The notes under the pieces: model-generated | The model's database searches: none | What the model saw: the letters and a program-made list of their open reading frames with translations, nothing else | Told to the model about the DNA's origin: nothing | From: Alphaproteobacteria bacterium | GTDB taxonomy: Bacteria; Pseudomonadota; Alphaproteobacteria; Elsterales; Elsteraceae | Direction of reading: 5' to 3' | Assembly (NCBI GenBank): GCA_013298565.1 | Contig: JAAFIC010000007.1 | Location: forward strand, 3,196 to 67,195 | Length of the DNA stretch: 64,000 bases | Translations under genes and position numbers: made by a program | In this document: positions 43,803-52,338 of the stretch, piece after piece | Layout of the letters: every line of letters starts with the position of its first letter | Numbering within the stretch: position 1 is the first letter of the stretch

Positions 43803-44726
43803 CTAGCGCGTTATCGAAAGCTCGCTGGGCGCATCCTTCAAGCTGCGTTTCGGCGAAACCGAGACGATCATGATGAGCAGTGTCAGAATGTATGGAGCGG
43901 CATTGAAGAGATAGTAACCCTGGCTAACGCCGATAGATTGCAGCGCCGGGCCGAGGGCACCTGCGCCGCCGAACAGCAATGCCGCCACAAAGCACCGCAG
44001 CGGGTTCCAGCGCGCGAAGATCACCAAGGCTACGGCGATCAACCCTTGCCCGGACGACAGGCCCTCGTTCCAGCTTCCAGGATAGGACAGCGACAGGAAG
44101 GAGCCGCCGATTCCCGAAAGGAAACCGCCCAAGGCCGTGCAGATGAGGCGGACTCGGCCAAGCGAATAGCCCATTGCCCGCGCTGCCGCCGCGCTATCGC
44201 CGACCATGCGGACGATCAGGCCCCAGCGGGTTGTCTTGAACCCCCACGCCATTATCCACGCTAGCGCCCCGCCGACAAAAAACAGCGGGTTGATGTCGAG
44301 TGCCGAGGCGATGGCGGTATTGCCGGTCCAATCGCCGAGGGGAATCCCTGGTAAGCGCGGGGCTGCCGGCTGAATGAAGGGCTTGCCGAAAAAGAAGGCA
44401 AGGCCGGTGCCAAACAACATCAGCGCAATCCCAACCGCCACATCGTTGATGCGCGGCAGATTGCACAACAGCCCGTGCAGTACGCCGAGACTCAATCCCG
44501 CAAACCCCGCCACCAGCACGCCTAGCCAGGGCGAACCGGTGGTGTAGGCGGTGGCGTAAGCGCTCATCGCGCCGAAGATTAACGTGCCTTCCAACCCCAA
44601 ATTGACGCGCCCGCTTTTCTCCGTCAGGCATTCGCCCAAGGAAACGAACAGAAACGGCGTCGAGACACGGATGGCCCCCGCGAAGATGGCAAGAAGGACG
44701 GTCCAGACTCCCGGATCTTGGCTCAT
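43803..44726 (-). CDS. ABC transporter permease (BMP/nucleoside-type system)
   Basis: A polytopic membrane protein whose ATG overlaps the upstream stop. Confidence 0.85.
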   Translation of the reverse strand: MSQDPGVWTVLLAIFAGAIRVSTPFLFVSLGECLTEKSGRVNLGLEGTLIFGAMSAYATAYTTGSPWLGVLVAGFAGLSLGVLHGLLCNLPRINDVAVGIALMLFGTGLAFFFGKPFIQPAAPRLPGIPLGDWTGNTAIASALDINPLFFVGGALAWIMAWGFKTTRWGLIVRMVGDSAAAARAMGYSLGRVRLICTALGGFLSGIGGSFLSLSYPGSWNEGLSSGQGLIAVALVIFARWNPLRCFVAALLFGGAGALGPALQSIGVSQGYYLFNAAPYILTLLIMIVSVSPKRSLKDAPSELSITR

Positions 44727-45799
44727 TGCACAGTGCTCCTTTGGTCGGCAGGGCGGAAGAAAGGCAGGCGGCCATATAGGGTTTCGCTCGCCAGCAGCGT
44801 CACGAAAATCACCCCCTGCATGAGCAAAACTGTGGCATCGGGCAGGCCCATGCGCCTCTGAATGAGACCGCCGCTGGCCGCGATCCCCCCGAACAGCAGG
44901 GCGACGGGCAAAATTGCCAGCGGATTATGCCGGGCAAGAAAAGCCACCAGAATGCCTGTGAAGCCGTAACCCGCCGCCAGCGAGGCATTCGCTCGCCCGT
45001 GGATTGCGGCGACCTCGAAGAAACCGGCTAATCCTGCCGCCGCCCCCGCCAACATCGAAAAGCCGACAATGAGTTTCCCCACAGGCAGCCCTTGCGTTTT
45101 AGCGGCGCGCATATTGCCGCCCGTTACCCGCGCCGCGAACCCGATCGTGGTATGATCGATTAGGATATAGAAGCCGACGCACAGCAGTGCGCCGACGATC
45201 AGGCCCCAATGGATCTCCAGCCCCGGAATCGGCCCCACCATCGCCTCGTGCGGCAGGGGAAAAGTTGAGGGTTTATTCTGGCTGGCAGGGTCGCGGAACG
45301 GCCCCTCTACCGAAAAATTCAGAATAGCGATGGCGATGTAAACCATCAGCAACCCGGCAATCGTTTCGTTCACGCCGCGAAACGCCCGCAACGCGCCGAT
45401 AAGCCCGATCCACACACCCCCCGCGAGCGCAGCCACCAACGCCATGAGCAGCATCACCGCCCAACCCGGCCATACCCCCGCAATTGGCAGCACCACAATC
45501 GCGCAGGCAAGCCCGCCGATCACAAGCGCCCCTTCGCCGCCGATAATCACCAGCCCTAACCGCGCGGGCAGAGCGACGCACAGGGCGGTCAAAATTAAGG
45601 GGGCCGCCCGCAGCAACGCATTCTGGAGCGAAAACCATGTGCCAAATCCACCGCGCCAGATCAACGCAAAAAAATCCGTTGGAGATTTCCCCAACGCCCA
45701 TAAAAACAGCGAAAACAGCAACGCCGAGACCAGTAGCGCGCCCAACGGTACCACCACATACTCGCTGCGGGTTCTCCAGCGATCCAGCCGCACGGCCAT
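44723..45799 (-). CDS. ABC transporter permease (BMP/nucleoside-type system)
   Basis: ATG 45799 (MAVRLDRW...) follows a GGAG SD at 7 nt spacing. The track ORF starts 57 nt upstream. Confidence 0.85.
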   Translation of the reverse strand: MAVRLDRWRTRSEYVVVPLGALLVSALLFSLFLWALGKSPTDFFALIWRGGFGTWFSLQNALLRAAPLILTALCVALPARLGLVIIGGEGALVIGGLACAIVVLPIAGVWPGWAVMLLMALVAALAGGVWIGLIGALRAFRGVNETIAGLLMVYIAIAILNFSVEGPFRDPASQNKPSTFPLPHEAMVGPIPGLEIHWGLIVGALLCVGFYILIDHTTIGFAARVTGGNMRAAKTQGLPVGKLIVGFSMLAGAAAGLAGFFEVAAIHGRANASLAAGYGFTGILVAFLARHNPLAILPVALLFGGIAASGGLIQRRMGLPDATVLLMQGVIFVTLLASETLYGRLPFFRPADQRSTVQ

Positions 45800-46027
45800 C
45801 GGCGTCTCCTGTTCGAGCGGTGTACGTGTCAGGGGCTTTGCTCCCGACACCCCCAACCAAGGGGCTTACCCCCTTGGTCATCCCATTTTTTGTCACTGCC
45901 TTTGGAGCAATTCCGGGGCCAGGAATAAGGGATTCTTAAGGGCCGACCGGCACCTAGGGAGTTTCTCGTTCGCTTTGCCTCACGTTAAACGCTCTAACTC
46001 TTTGTTTTTTTAACAAATTCGTCGTCA

Positions 46028-46070
46028 CGGGTGCCAGCGCGTTTGACGCGCAAAGCGCATTGGGCACCCG
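46028..46070. repeat. Intercistronic palindromic element (extended hairpin around the GTTTGACGCGCAAAGCG core)
   Basis: The sequence is CGGGTGCCAGCGC-gtttgacgcgcaaa-GCGCattGGGCACCCG, between the SBP and permease genes. Confidence 0.55.
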
Positions 46071-46104
46071 CTCGGGATTTGCTCCAAGTAGAGTGCGTCC
46101 TGGT

Positions 46105-46139
46105 CGTTTGACGCGCAAGCGCGTCGGAGGCAGCGCCTC
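46105..46139. repeat. Second copy of the palindromic element plus an adjacent small hairpin
   Basis: cgtttGACGCGCaaGCGCGTC has perfect 7-bp arms. It is followed by GAGGCagcGCCTC. Confidence 0.55.
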
Positions 46140-46143
46140 TGCG

Positions 46144-47262
46144 TTAGGTCAACGACCCGATCACACCCTCAAGCAGGTAATTGCTGTTCTCAAGCCCAGT
46201 GTCGTAGTTATCCAAGCTCTTTCCAGCGCCGACGATTTCCTTGCCTTTATTGTCTTTGAGCGGGCCGACGTAGATGGGAGTTTTGGCAACAAGGGCGGCT
46301 TTAGCCTCGGTTGCGGCTTTGACGGCCTCGGGAGACGCGCCTGCACCGAAGGCGGTATTCTGGACGTAATCGAGATCGTAGCCGCCCCGCACGAAGTTCG
46401 GCAGTTTTTCGCCTTTGGTGAGGGATGCTGCGAACTGTTTGTAGATGGTTTCCCACTTATACTCCGCGCCGGTAATGAAGCCTTTCGGAGCGAGGGGGCC
46501 TTGATTGGCGTTATGACCGCAGGATTTAACGCCGCGCTTCTCGGCGGTCTGGATTACGACCTTCGGGCTATCGACGTGGCAGGTTATAACATCGCAGCCA
46601 GCATCCACCAGCGCATTGGTGGCTTCGGCTTCGCGCACGGGCAGGGACCAGTCGCCCGTAAAAATCACCTGCACGGTGGCGTTCGGGTTGGTTTTGCGCG
46701 CGCCAAGCAGGAAGGAGTTGATGTTGCGGATCACCGTACCGATGGGTTTTGCGGCGATGAAGCCGAGCTTATTACTCTTGGTTGACAGCCCGGCCGCGAC
46801 GCCATCGACGTAATGGGCTTGATCAATATAACCTAAGTAACTGCCTGCGTTCTTCGGGTGCTTATCGGCCTGCCACAGCCCAACCGCGTGGCGGAACTCG
46901 ATAGCGGGGTATTTCTTCGCCATTTCAATCATATGCGGATCGAAATAACCGAAGGAGGTGGCAAAGATAAGTTTCGCGCCATCGAGGTTAATCATCGATT
47001 CCATCGTCTTTTGGACGGCGACGGTTTCGGGCACATTTTCTTCTTCGATAACAGTGACGCCCGGCACGGCTTTGAGGGCTTGCGCGCCAACCGCATGGGC
47101 CTGGTTCCAGCCGAAATCGTCACGCGGGCCGACGTAGATAATCCCGATGGTCAACCCTGCGGCCCGAGCACTGCGAAACGGCAACCCGCCTGCAGCCAAG
47201 CCCAAGGCCCCGAACGCACCGCTTTTCAGGATAGAGCGGCGGCTGATCTGCTTTATGGTCAT
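46144..47262 (-). CDS. BMP-family ABC transporter substrate-binding protein (Tat-type signal)
   Basis: ATG 47262 (MTIKQISRRSILKSGAFGALGLAAGGLPFRSARA). The mature part resembles the Med/BMP basic membrane protein family. Confidence 0.85.
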   Translation of the reverse strand: MTIKQISRRSILKSGAFGALGLAAGGLPFRSARAAGLTIGIIYVGPRDDFGWNQAHAVGAQALKAVPGVTVIEEENVPETVAVQKTMESMINLDGAKLIFATSFGYFDPHMIEMAKKYPAIEFRHAVGLWQADKHPKNAGSYLGYIDQAHYVDGVAAGLSTKSNKLGFIAAKPIGTVIRNINSFLLGARKTNPNATVQVIFTGDWSLPVREAEATNALVDAGCDVITCHVDSPKVVIQTAEKRGVKSCGHNANQGPLAPKGFITGAEYKWETIYKQFAASLTKGEKLPNFVRGGYDLDYVQNTAFGAGASPEAVKAATEAKAALVAKTPIYVGPLKDNKGKEIVGAGKSLDNYDTGLENSNYLLEGVIGSLT

Positions 47263-47622
47263 GTTTTTGGCCCTTTTCTGCTGAGATTTACCAAAACCTT
47301 GGAATGCTATCAGCAACTTGTATGCCAGGGTTGAAAGATGATTTTTTTCAATAGCTTGACCCCAGATCAAGGCTGTGGGGTCGCCCTAATTGTATGCAAA
47401 GACAATAAATAAGCCTAAAATATAGGCATAACTAAAAATTGCCTACAAGAAAGGCTGCCCGCGCGATCAATCCCCAGCTCCCCATAGCTTGCTGCCGCTT
47501 GCGGAAATTTTTTTTCGGGTTAGCCGCAGAATTTGAAATGTTGACGGACAAAAAAACTCTCATCGCATTAGTTAACACTCAACCACAACGCTATGGACGG
47601 TTCTTAGCCCTCGCCGCCCCAT

Positions 47623-47642
47623 GCGTTTGATGCGCCAAACGC
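47623..47642. repeat. Copy of the dispersed palindromic element
   Basis: GCGTTTG-atgcgc-CAAACGC has perfect 7-bp arms. Confidence 0.5.
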
Positions 47643-47794
47643 ACTATGCTTTAACCGCAGTGGCGGGGATTACCGCTGCTGAGGACTATCCCACGAAACC
47701 GATCACGGTCATCGTGCCGTTGCTCGCCGGGGGAGCTTTCTCTCCAAGCATGTGGCTGCGGCAGCGCGCTTATCCGTATGCCATAACGCTCTGA
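47630..47794 (+). pseudogene. Truncated remnant of a Bug/TctC-family periplasmic receptor gene (N-terminal about 35 aa only)
   Basis: A short ORF, MRQTHYALTAVAGITAAEDYPTKPITVIVPLLAGGAFSPS..., contains the hallmark N-terminal motif of mature Bug proteins (YPxKPIxxIVPxxAGG). It then degenerates and runs into the convergent ocd 3' end. Confidence 0.45.
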
Positions 47795-48831
47795 TGCCGC
47801 AGCAGCATCCCATACAGATCGCGCGGCTCGTCGGGGTCGGCCAACAGGTCGAGATTCACGTAAAGGCCCGTGGCCGTTAGCTTGTCACGCACGTAGCGCA
47901 GGGCCGAGAAATCTTCGATGGCAAAGCCTACCGAATCGAACAGTGTGATCTGGCTGGGGTCGCGCCGCCCTTGGGTTTTGCCAACCATCACTTCCCAAAG
48001 CTCGATCACCGGGTAGTCGGCGGGAAGCTGCTGGATTTCGCCTTCAATGCGCGTTTGCGGTGGGTATTCCACGAAGATATCCGAGCGGGTGAGAATATCC
48101 TTGTGCAGTTCCGTCTTGCCGGGGCAGTCGCCGCCGACAGCATTAATATGCACGCCAGCACCAACCATATTGTCGGTCAGAATCGTGGCGCATTGCTTGT
48201 CTGCGGTAACGGTGGTGATGATATGCGCGCCTTCAACCGCGTCCTGCGACGTTTTGCACTGAGTAATCTCGAACCCGGCCCCGGCAAGATTGCGCGCGCA
48301 TTTTTCGGTCGCAACGGGATCAATGTCGTAGAGCCGCAGCTTGGTGATGCCCAGAATGGCCTTGAAGGCCATCGCCTGAAACTCGGACTGCGCGCCATTG
48401 CCGATAATCGCCATCGTATCGGAACCCTTGGGTGCCAGATATTTGGCGGCGACGGCTGACATGGCGGCAGTGCGGAGGGCGGTGAGAATCGTCATTTCCG
48501 TCATCAACACGGGATAGCCGGTGCCAACATCGGCGAGCACTCCGAAGGCGGTAACGGTTTGGCGACCGTCGCGGATATTCTTTGGGTGGCCGTTAACGTA
48601 TTTGAACCCATACAGCGCGCCGTCGCTCGTTGGCATAAGTTCGATCACGCCGTCGAGCGAGTGGGACGCCACCCGCGCGGTTTTATCGAAACTCTCCCAG
48701 CGCTTGAAATCATCCTCGATATACTCGGCAAGCTCGGTCAGGAAGCGTTCGGTGCCAATCGTTAGCACCAGCTTCATCATGTGATCGACTGAAACGAAGG
48801 GAACGATATTGAGATTGGGGGCGCGGGTCAT
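47770..48831 (-). CDS. ocd: Ornithine cyclodeaminase
   Basis: NLNIVPFVSVDHMMKLV...ELMPTSDGALYGFKYVNGHP...IIGNGAQSEFQ. The length (353 aa) and the position downstream of arginase match the alphaproteobacterial arginase-OCD operon. Confidence 0.85.
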   Translation of the reverse strand: MTRAPNLNIVPFVSVDHMMKLVLTIGTERFLTELAEYIEDDFKRWESFDKTARVASHSLDGVIELMPTSDGALYGFKYVNGHPKNIRDGRQTVTAFGVLADVGTGYPVLMTEMTILTALRTAAMSAVAAKYLAPKGSDTMAIIGNGAQSEFQAMAFKAILGITKLRLYDIDPVATEKCARNLAGAGFEITQCKTSQDAVEGAHIITTVTADKQCATILTDNMVGAGVHINAVGGDCPGKTELHKDILTRSDIFVEYPPQTRIEGEIQQLPADYPVIELWEVMVGKTQGRRDPSQITLFDSVGFAIEDFSALRYVRDKLTATGLYVNLDLLADPDEPRDLYGMLLRHQSVMAYG

Positions 48832-49796
48832 CGGTAAGTCCCTTTCGAGCGGTCGAGAATAGAGCGGCCCAGCAGGCTGCCAACGAGATCGACCATGAGC
48901 GTTGCCGTGCGGCCCCGCTCGTCGAGGAAAGGGTTCAGTTCCACAAGGTCGAGACTAGTCACGCGCCCGCATTCGTGCAGCATTTCCATCAATAGATGGG
49001 CTTCCCGCAGTGTCGGGCCACCTTGAACAGGGGTGCCAACGCCGGGGGCGATGGAGGGATCGAGAAAATCCACATCGAAGCTCACGTGCAGCAGGCCGTT
49101 GGCGTCTGTTACGCGGTTCAGGAAGGCGGTGAGCAGCGGCGCAATGCCGTAATCGTCGATCGCGCGCATGTCATGAATCGTGATGTCCGTATCGCGCAGC
49201 GCAGCGCGCTCGGCGGCATCGACAGAGCGAATACCCATCATGCACACATTCTTCGGGTCAACGACTGTTGGCAGCGGCGGAAACACCCCGTCGAAACTGT
49301 TAAGCCCGGTGAAGTAAGCCACCGGCGTTCCGTGCAAATGGCCGCTGGTGGTCGATTCCAGCGTGTGAAAATCCGGGTGTGCGTCGAGCCACAGCACGAA
49401 GAACGGGCGGCCCTGTTCGGCCGCTCTGCGGGCAAGGCCGGGGATCGTGCCTGCGGCCAGCGAGTGATCGCCGCCGACGAAAATGGGGAAGCCTTCGGCA
49501 CTGGCCTGATACGCCGCCTCGGTCAGCGCTTCGATCCAGGCTACGACGTCCGGCAGCGCTTTTAGCGCCGGGTTCGGGTGATGCAGGTCGCGCGGCTGGG
49601 CGGGTATGACCGTGCCAAGATCGCGCACGCTATGGCCAAGCTCGGTGATCGCGCCCGTAAGCCCGGCGGCACGAAAAGCGGCAGGCCCCATCTCGCACCC
49701 CAAGCGCCCGGCACCCTCTTGAACGGGGACGGCAAGAATTTTGCAGGCTAAAACAGTGTGGGCTAAAACGGCGGGGGAGGCGGGGGTTTGGGCCAT
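48828..49796 (-). CDS. rocF: Arginase
   Basis: The Mn-site motifs are present: FVGGDHS, WLDAHPDFH, SFDVDFLDPSIAPGVG. Confidence 0.9.
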   Translation of the reverse strand: MAQTPASPAVLAHTVLACKILAVPVQEGAGRLGCEMGPAAFRAAGLTGAITELGHSVRDLGTVIPAQPRDLHHPNPALKALPDVVAWIEALTEAAYQASAEGFPIFVGGDHSLAAGTIPGLARRAAEQGRPFFVLWLDAHPDFHTLESTTSGHLHGTPVAYFTGLNSFDGVFPPLPTVVDPKNVCMMGIRSVDAAERAALRDTDITIHDMRAIDDYGIAPLLTAFLNRVTDANGLLHVSFDVDFLDPSIAPGVGTPVQGGPTLREAHLLMEMLHECGRVTSLDLVELNPFLDERGRTATLMVDLVGSLLGRSILDRSKGTYR

Positions 49797-49925
49797 TGGA
49801 ACTCTGCCTTACTCGTGAACATCCTTATTAGATCATTCCTTCCTGGCACTATGAATACAGGATATTGGCAAAAATCATGATAGGATTAGCCAAATTGGTT
49901 AATTACTCTGCCGAAATGGAAGGTT

Positions 49926-50363
49926 ATGGATCATCTCGACGAACGGCTCATCACACTGCTGCGCCACAACGGGCGGCGGAGCGTGTCGGATTTAGCGCTG
50001 GAATTAGGGGCGTCACGCGCCACCGTCCGCGCCCGGATGGAGCGGTTGGAGCGAAGCGGCGCAGTGCTGGGCTATACCGTCATCCTACGTGCCGACGCCG
50101 TGGAACTGCCGGTACGCGGTATCATGCTGGTTGAAATCGAGGGCCAGATGGGCGACCGCGTTATCCGCGCACTGGGGGGGTTTGCCGAAGTCTCGGAGAT
50201 TCACACCACGAATGGCCGCTGGGATCTGGTGGTGGAGTTGGGGGCGGCGACCTTGACCGATTTCGATACTGTATTGCGCCGCATTCGGCTTATCCCCGGC
50301 ATTACGGGCAGCGAAACCAGCCTGTTGCTGGCAACCCCGCGCAGCACGAAGGCGCGGCTTTAG
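49926..50363 (+). CDS. Lrp/AsnC family transcriptional regulator
   Basis: The HTH is MDHLDERLITLLRHNGRRSVSDLALELGASRATVRARMERLERSG, followed by an RAM/ASnC_trans_reg domain. It is divergent from the arginase operon. Confidence 0.85.
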   Translation: MDHLDERLITLLRHNGRRSVSDLALELGASRATVRARMERLERSGAVLGYTVILRADAVELPVRGIMLVEIEGQMGDRVIRALGGFAEVSEIHTTNGRWDLVVELGAATLTDFDTVLRRIRLIPGITGSETSLLLATPRSTKARL

Positions 50364-50402
50364 GTCCAAAATACACGCGCCCCCATGCGTCCCACCAATA
50401 CG

Positions 50403-50594
50403 TCACCGAGTGCGGTTCTGACGCGCTGGTTTCACAAAAAGCTCCCAGGCACAAAGCGCGGTTACGCCGACCGCAAGCGTCGCCCAAAACGGCTCGCCCC
50501 AAAAACTTTCAACGGCTATCCAACCGACACAGACCAGCAGGACGACCAAGCGGACCCAAAGAGGGTGAAGCCACGAGGGCAGAGGGTTACTCAC
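50403..50594 (-). CDS. Small (63 aa) two-helix membrane protein, hypothetical
   Basis: It has two hydrophobic segments (LWVRLVVLLVCVGWIAV and WATLAVGVTALCAW). There is no other support. Confidence 0.4.
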   Translation of the reverse strand: MSNPLPSWLHPLWVRLVVLLVCVGWIAVESFWGEPFWATLAVGVTALCAWELFVKPARQNRTR

Positions 50595-50627
50595 AAGCGG
50601 CTCGCCCCTTCAAGAAAGCGTTTCAAG

Positions 50628-50665
50628 ATTTTTATCATGGGCCAGAATTTTTATCATGGGCCAGA
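50628..50665. repeat. Perfect 19-bp tandem duplication upstream of mmsA
   Basis: atttttatcatgggccaga occurs twice (50628-50646 and 50647-50665). Confidence 0.9.
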
Positions 50666-50795
50666 GGATAACCGAGTTTGGGCCGCTTTGCAGTAGTCAA
50701 GCGCCCCTTGTAGGGCTTGCGGGAATGCGGGGGAGTTACGCTATGGTGAAGCCAGACCTAGTCTCAATCTTGGGGAACGGTTTAGGGAGAGAAAA

Positions 50796-52292
50796 GTGGC
50801 TCAAGAGATTTCGCATTGGATCAACGGTAAACTCCAGGCAGGCACCAGCGGCCAGTTCGCTCCGGTGTTCAACCCGGCAACGGGCGAGCAGAGCGGCAGG
50901 GTTGCCCTTGCCAGTGTTGCGGAAGTGGATGCGGCAGTGGCCGTGGCGAAAGCGGCTTTTCCGGCCTGGGGCGGCCTGTCGCCATTGCGCCGGGCGCGGG
51001 TGATGTTCCGCTTCAAGGAACTGCTGGAGCGCGACCGGGCGGAGCTTGCCGCGATTGTGACCGCCGAACACGGCAAAGTTCTATCGGACGCCGATGGCGA
51101 AGTAACGCGCGGGCTGGAAGTTGTGGAATTCGCCTGCGGTATTCCGCACCTGTTGAAGGGCGACTATACCGAGCAGGTTGGGCCGGGGATTGATAGCTGG
51201 TCCAATCGGCAGGCGCTGGGGGTTGTCGTCGGGATAACGCCGTTCAACTTCCCCGTCATGGTGCCGCTGTGGATGGCTCCGGTAGCGCTGGCCACGGGGA
51301 ACTGCTTCATTCTGAAACCGTCTGAAAAAGACCCGTCTGCCGCGCTGAAAATGGCGGCGTTGCTGACTGAAGCCGGATTGCCGGACGGTGTGTTCCAGGT
51401 CGTGCAGGGCGGGCGCGAAGCAGTGGAACGGCTGCTGGTTCACCCGGATATTCAGGCAATTTCTTTCGTCGGCTCTACCCCCATTGCCGAAACCATCTAC
51501 CGCGTCGGCTCGGCACACGGCAAGCGCGTGCAGGCTTTGGGCGGGGCAAAGAACCATATGGTCGTGATGCCCGATGCCGATCTCGATCAGGCCGTCGATG
51601 CCCTCATGGGCGCGGCGTATGGCTCGGCGGGGGAGCGCTGCATGGCGATTTCGGTCGCGGTTGCCGTCGGTGGTGTTGGCGATGCCTTGATGAAAAAGCT
51701 AGAGCCGCGCGTGCGCGCCCTCAAAGTCGGACCAGGCACCGATCCTGCCGCCGAAATGGGGCCGCTGGTGACGGCAGATCATTTCGCCAAGGTGCAATCC
51801 TATATCGATTTGGGCGTTGCTGAAGGCGCGAACCTCGTTGTCGATGGGCGGGGCCTTAAGCTGCAAGGCTATGAGGATGGCTTCTTCCTGGGCGGCAGCT
51901 TGTTCGATAATGTGACGCCGGACATGCGGATTTATCGGGAAGAAATCTTCGGCCCCGTGTTGGGTGTTGTGCGGTCCGATAGTTTTAGCGATGCCGTGGA
52001 CTTGATTAACGCGCACGAGTTCGGCAATGGCACTGCGATTTTCACCCGCGATGGCGATGCCGCGCGGGAGTTCGCCAACCGCATTCAAGTGGGCATGGTC
52101 GGCGTGAATGTGCCGATTCCGGTGCCGATGGCCTTTCACAGCTTCGGCGGTTGGAAGCGCTCCTTATTCGGCGATCACCACATGCACGGGCCGGAGGGCG
52201 TGCGCTTCTATACGCGCCTGAAAACCATCACCCAGCGCTGGCCCACCGGTATTCGGGCGGGCGCGCAGTTTACGATGCCGACGCTGGGGTGA
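50796..52292 (+). CDS. mmsA: Methylmalonate-semialdehyde dehydrogenase (CoA-acylating)
   Basis: A GTG start follows a GGGAGAG SD. The protein is a 498-aa aldehyde dehydrogenase with [14 protein letters not shown] and the catalytic-Cys context [11 protein letters not shown]. Confidence 0.9.
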   Translation: MAQEISHWINGKLQAGTSGQFAPVFNPATGEQSGRVALASVAEVDAAVAVAKAAFPAWGGLSPLRRARVMFRFKELLERDRAELAAIVTAEHGKVLSDADGEVTRGLEVVEFACGIPHLLKGDYTEQVGPGIDSWSNRQALGVVVGITPFNFPVMVPLWMAPVALATGNCFILKPSEKDPSAALKMAALLTEAGLPDGVFQVVQGGREAVERLLVHPDIQAISFVGSTPIAETIYRVGSAHGKRVQALGGAKNHMVVMPDADLDQAVDALMGAAYGSAGERCMAISVAVAVGGVGDALMKKLEPRVRALKVGPGTDPAAEMGPLVTADHFAKVQSYIDLGVAEGANLVVDGRGLKLQGYEDGFFLGGSLFDNVTPDMRIYREEIFGPVLGVVRSDSFSDAVDLINAHEFGNGTAIFTRDGDAAREFANRIQVGMVGVNVPIPVPMAFHSFGGWKRSLFGDHHMHGPEGVRFYTRLKTITQRWPTGIRAGAQFTMPTLG

Positions 52293-52300
52293 TGTACGGA

Positions 52301-52338
52301 AGGCACTCCCCGCACCGGGTTGGGGGCGGGGAGTGCCT
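52301..52338. terminator. Hairpin between convergent mmsA and the flotillin gene (13-bp stem)
   Basis: AGGCACTCCCCGC-(12 nt)-GCGGGGAGTGCCT begins 9 nt after the mmsA stop and overlaps the flotillin stop. The U-run is weak. Confidence 0.55.

Noticed and set aside
46060-46785. A 241-aa plus-strand ORF overlaps the BMP-family SBP gene and the intercistronic repeats.
   Set aside because: It starts inside the palindromic repeat region and runs antisense to a gene with a clear Tat signal and SBP character. It is a shadow ORF.
47439-47630. A 63-aa ORF lies in the long intergenic region upstream of the BMP-ABC operon.
   Set aside because: It has no SD, lies in AT-rich, promoter-like sequence, and its composition is not protein-like (MPTRKAARAINPQLPIACCRLRKFFFG...).
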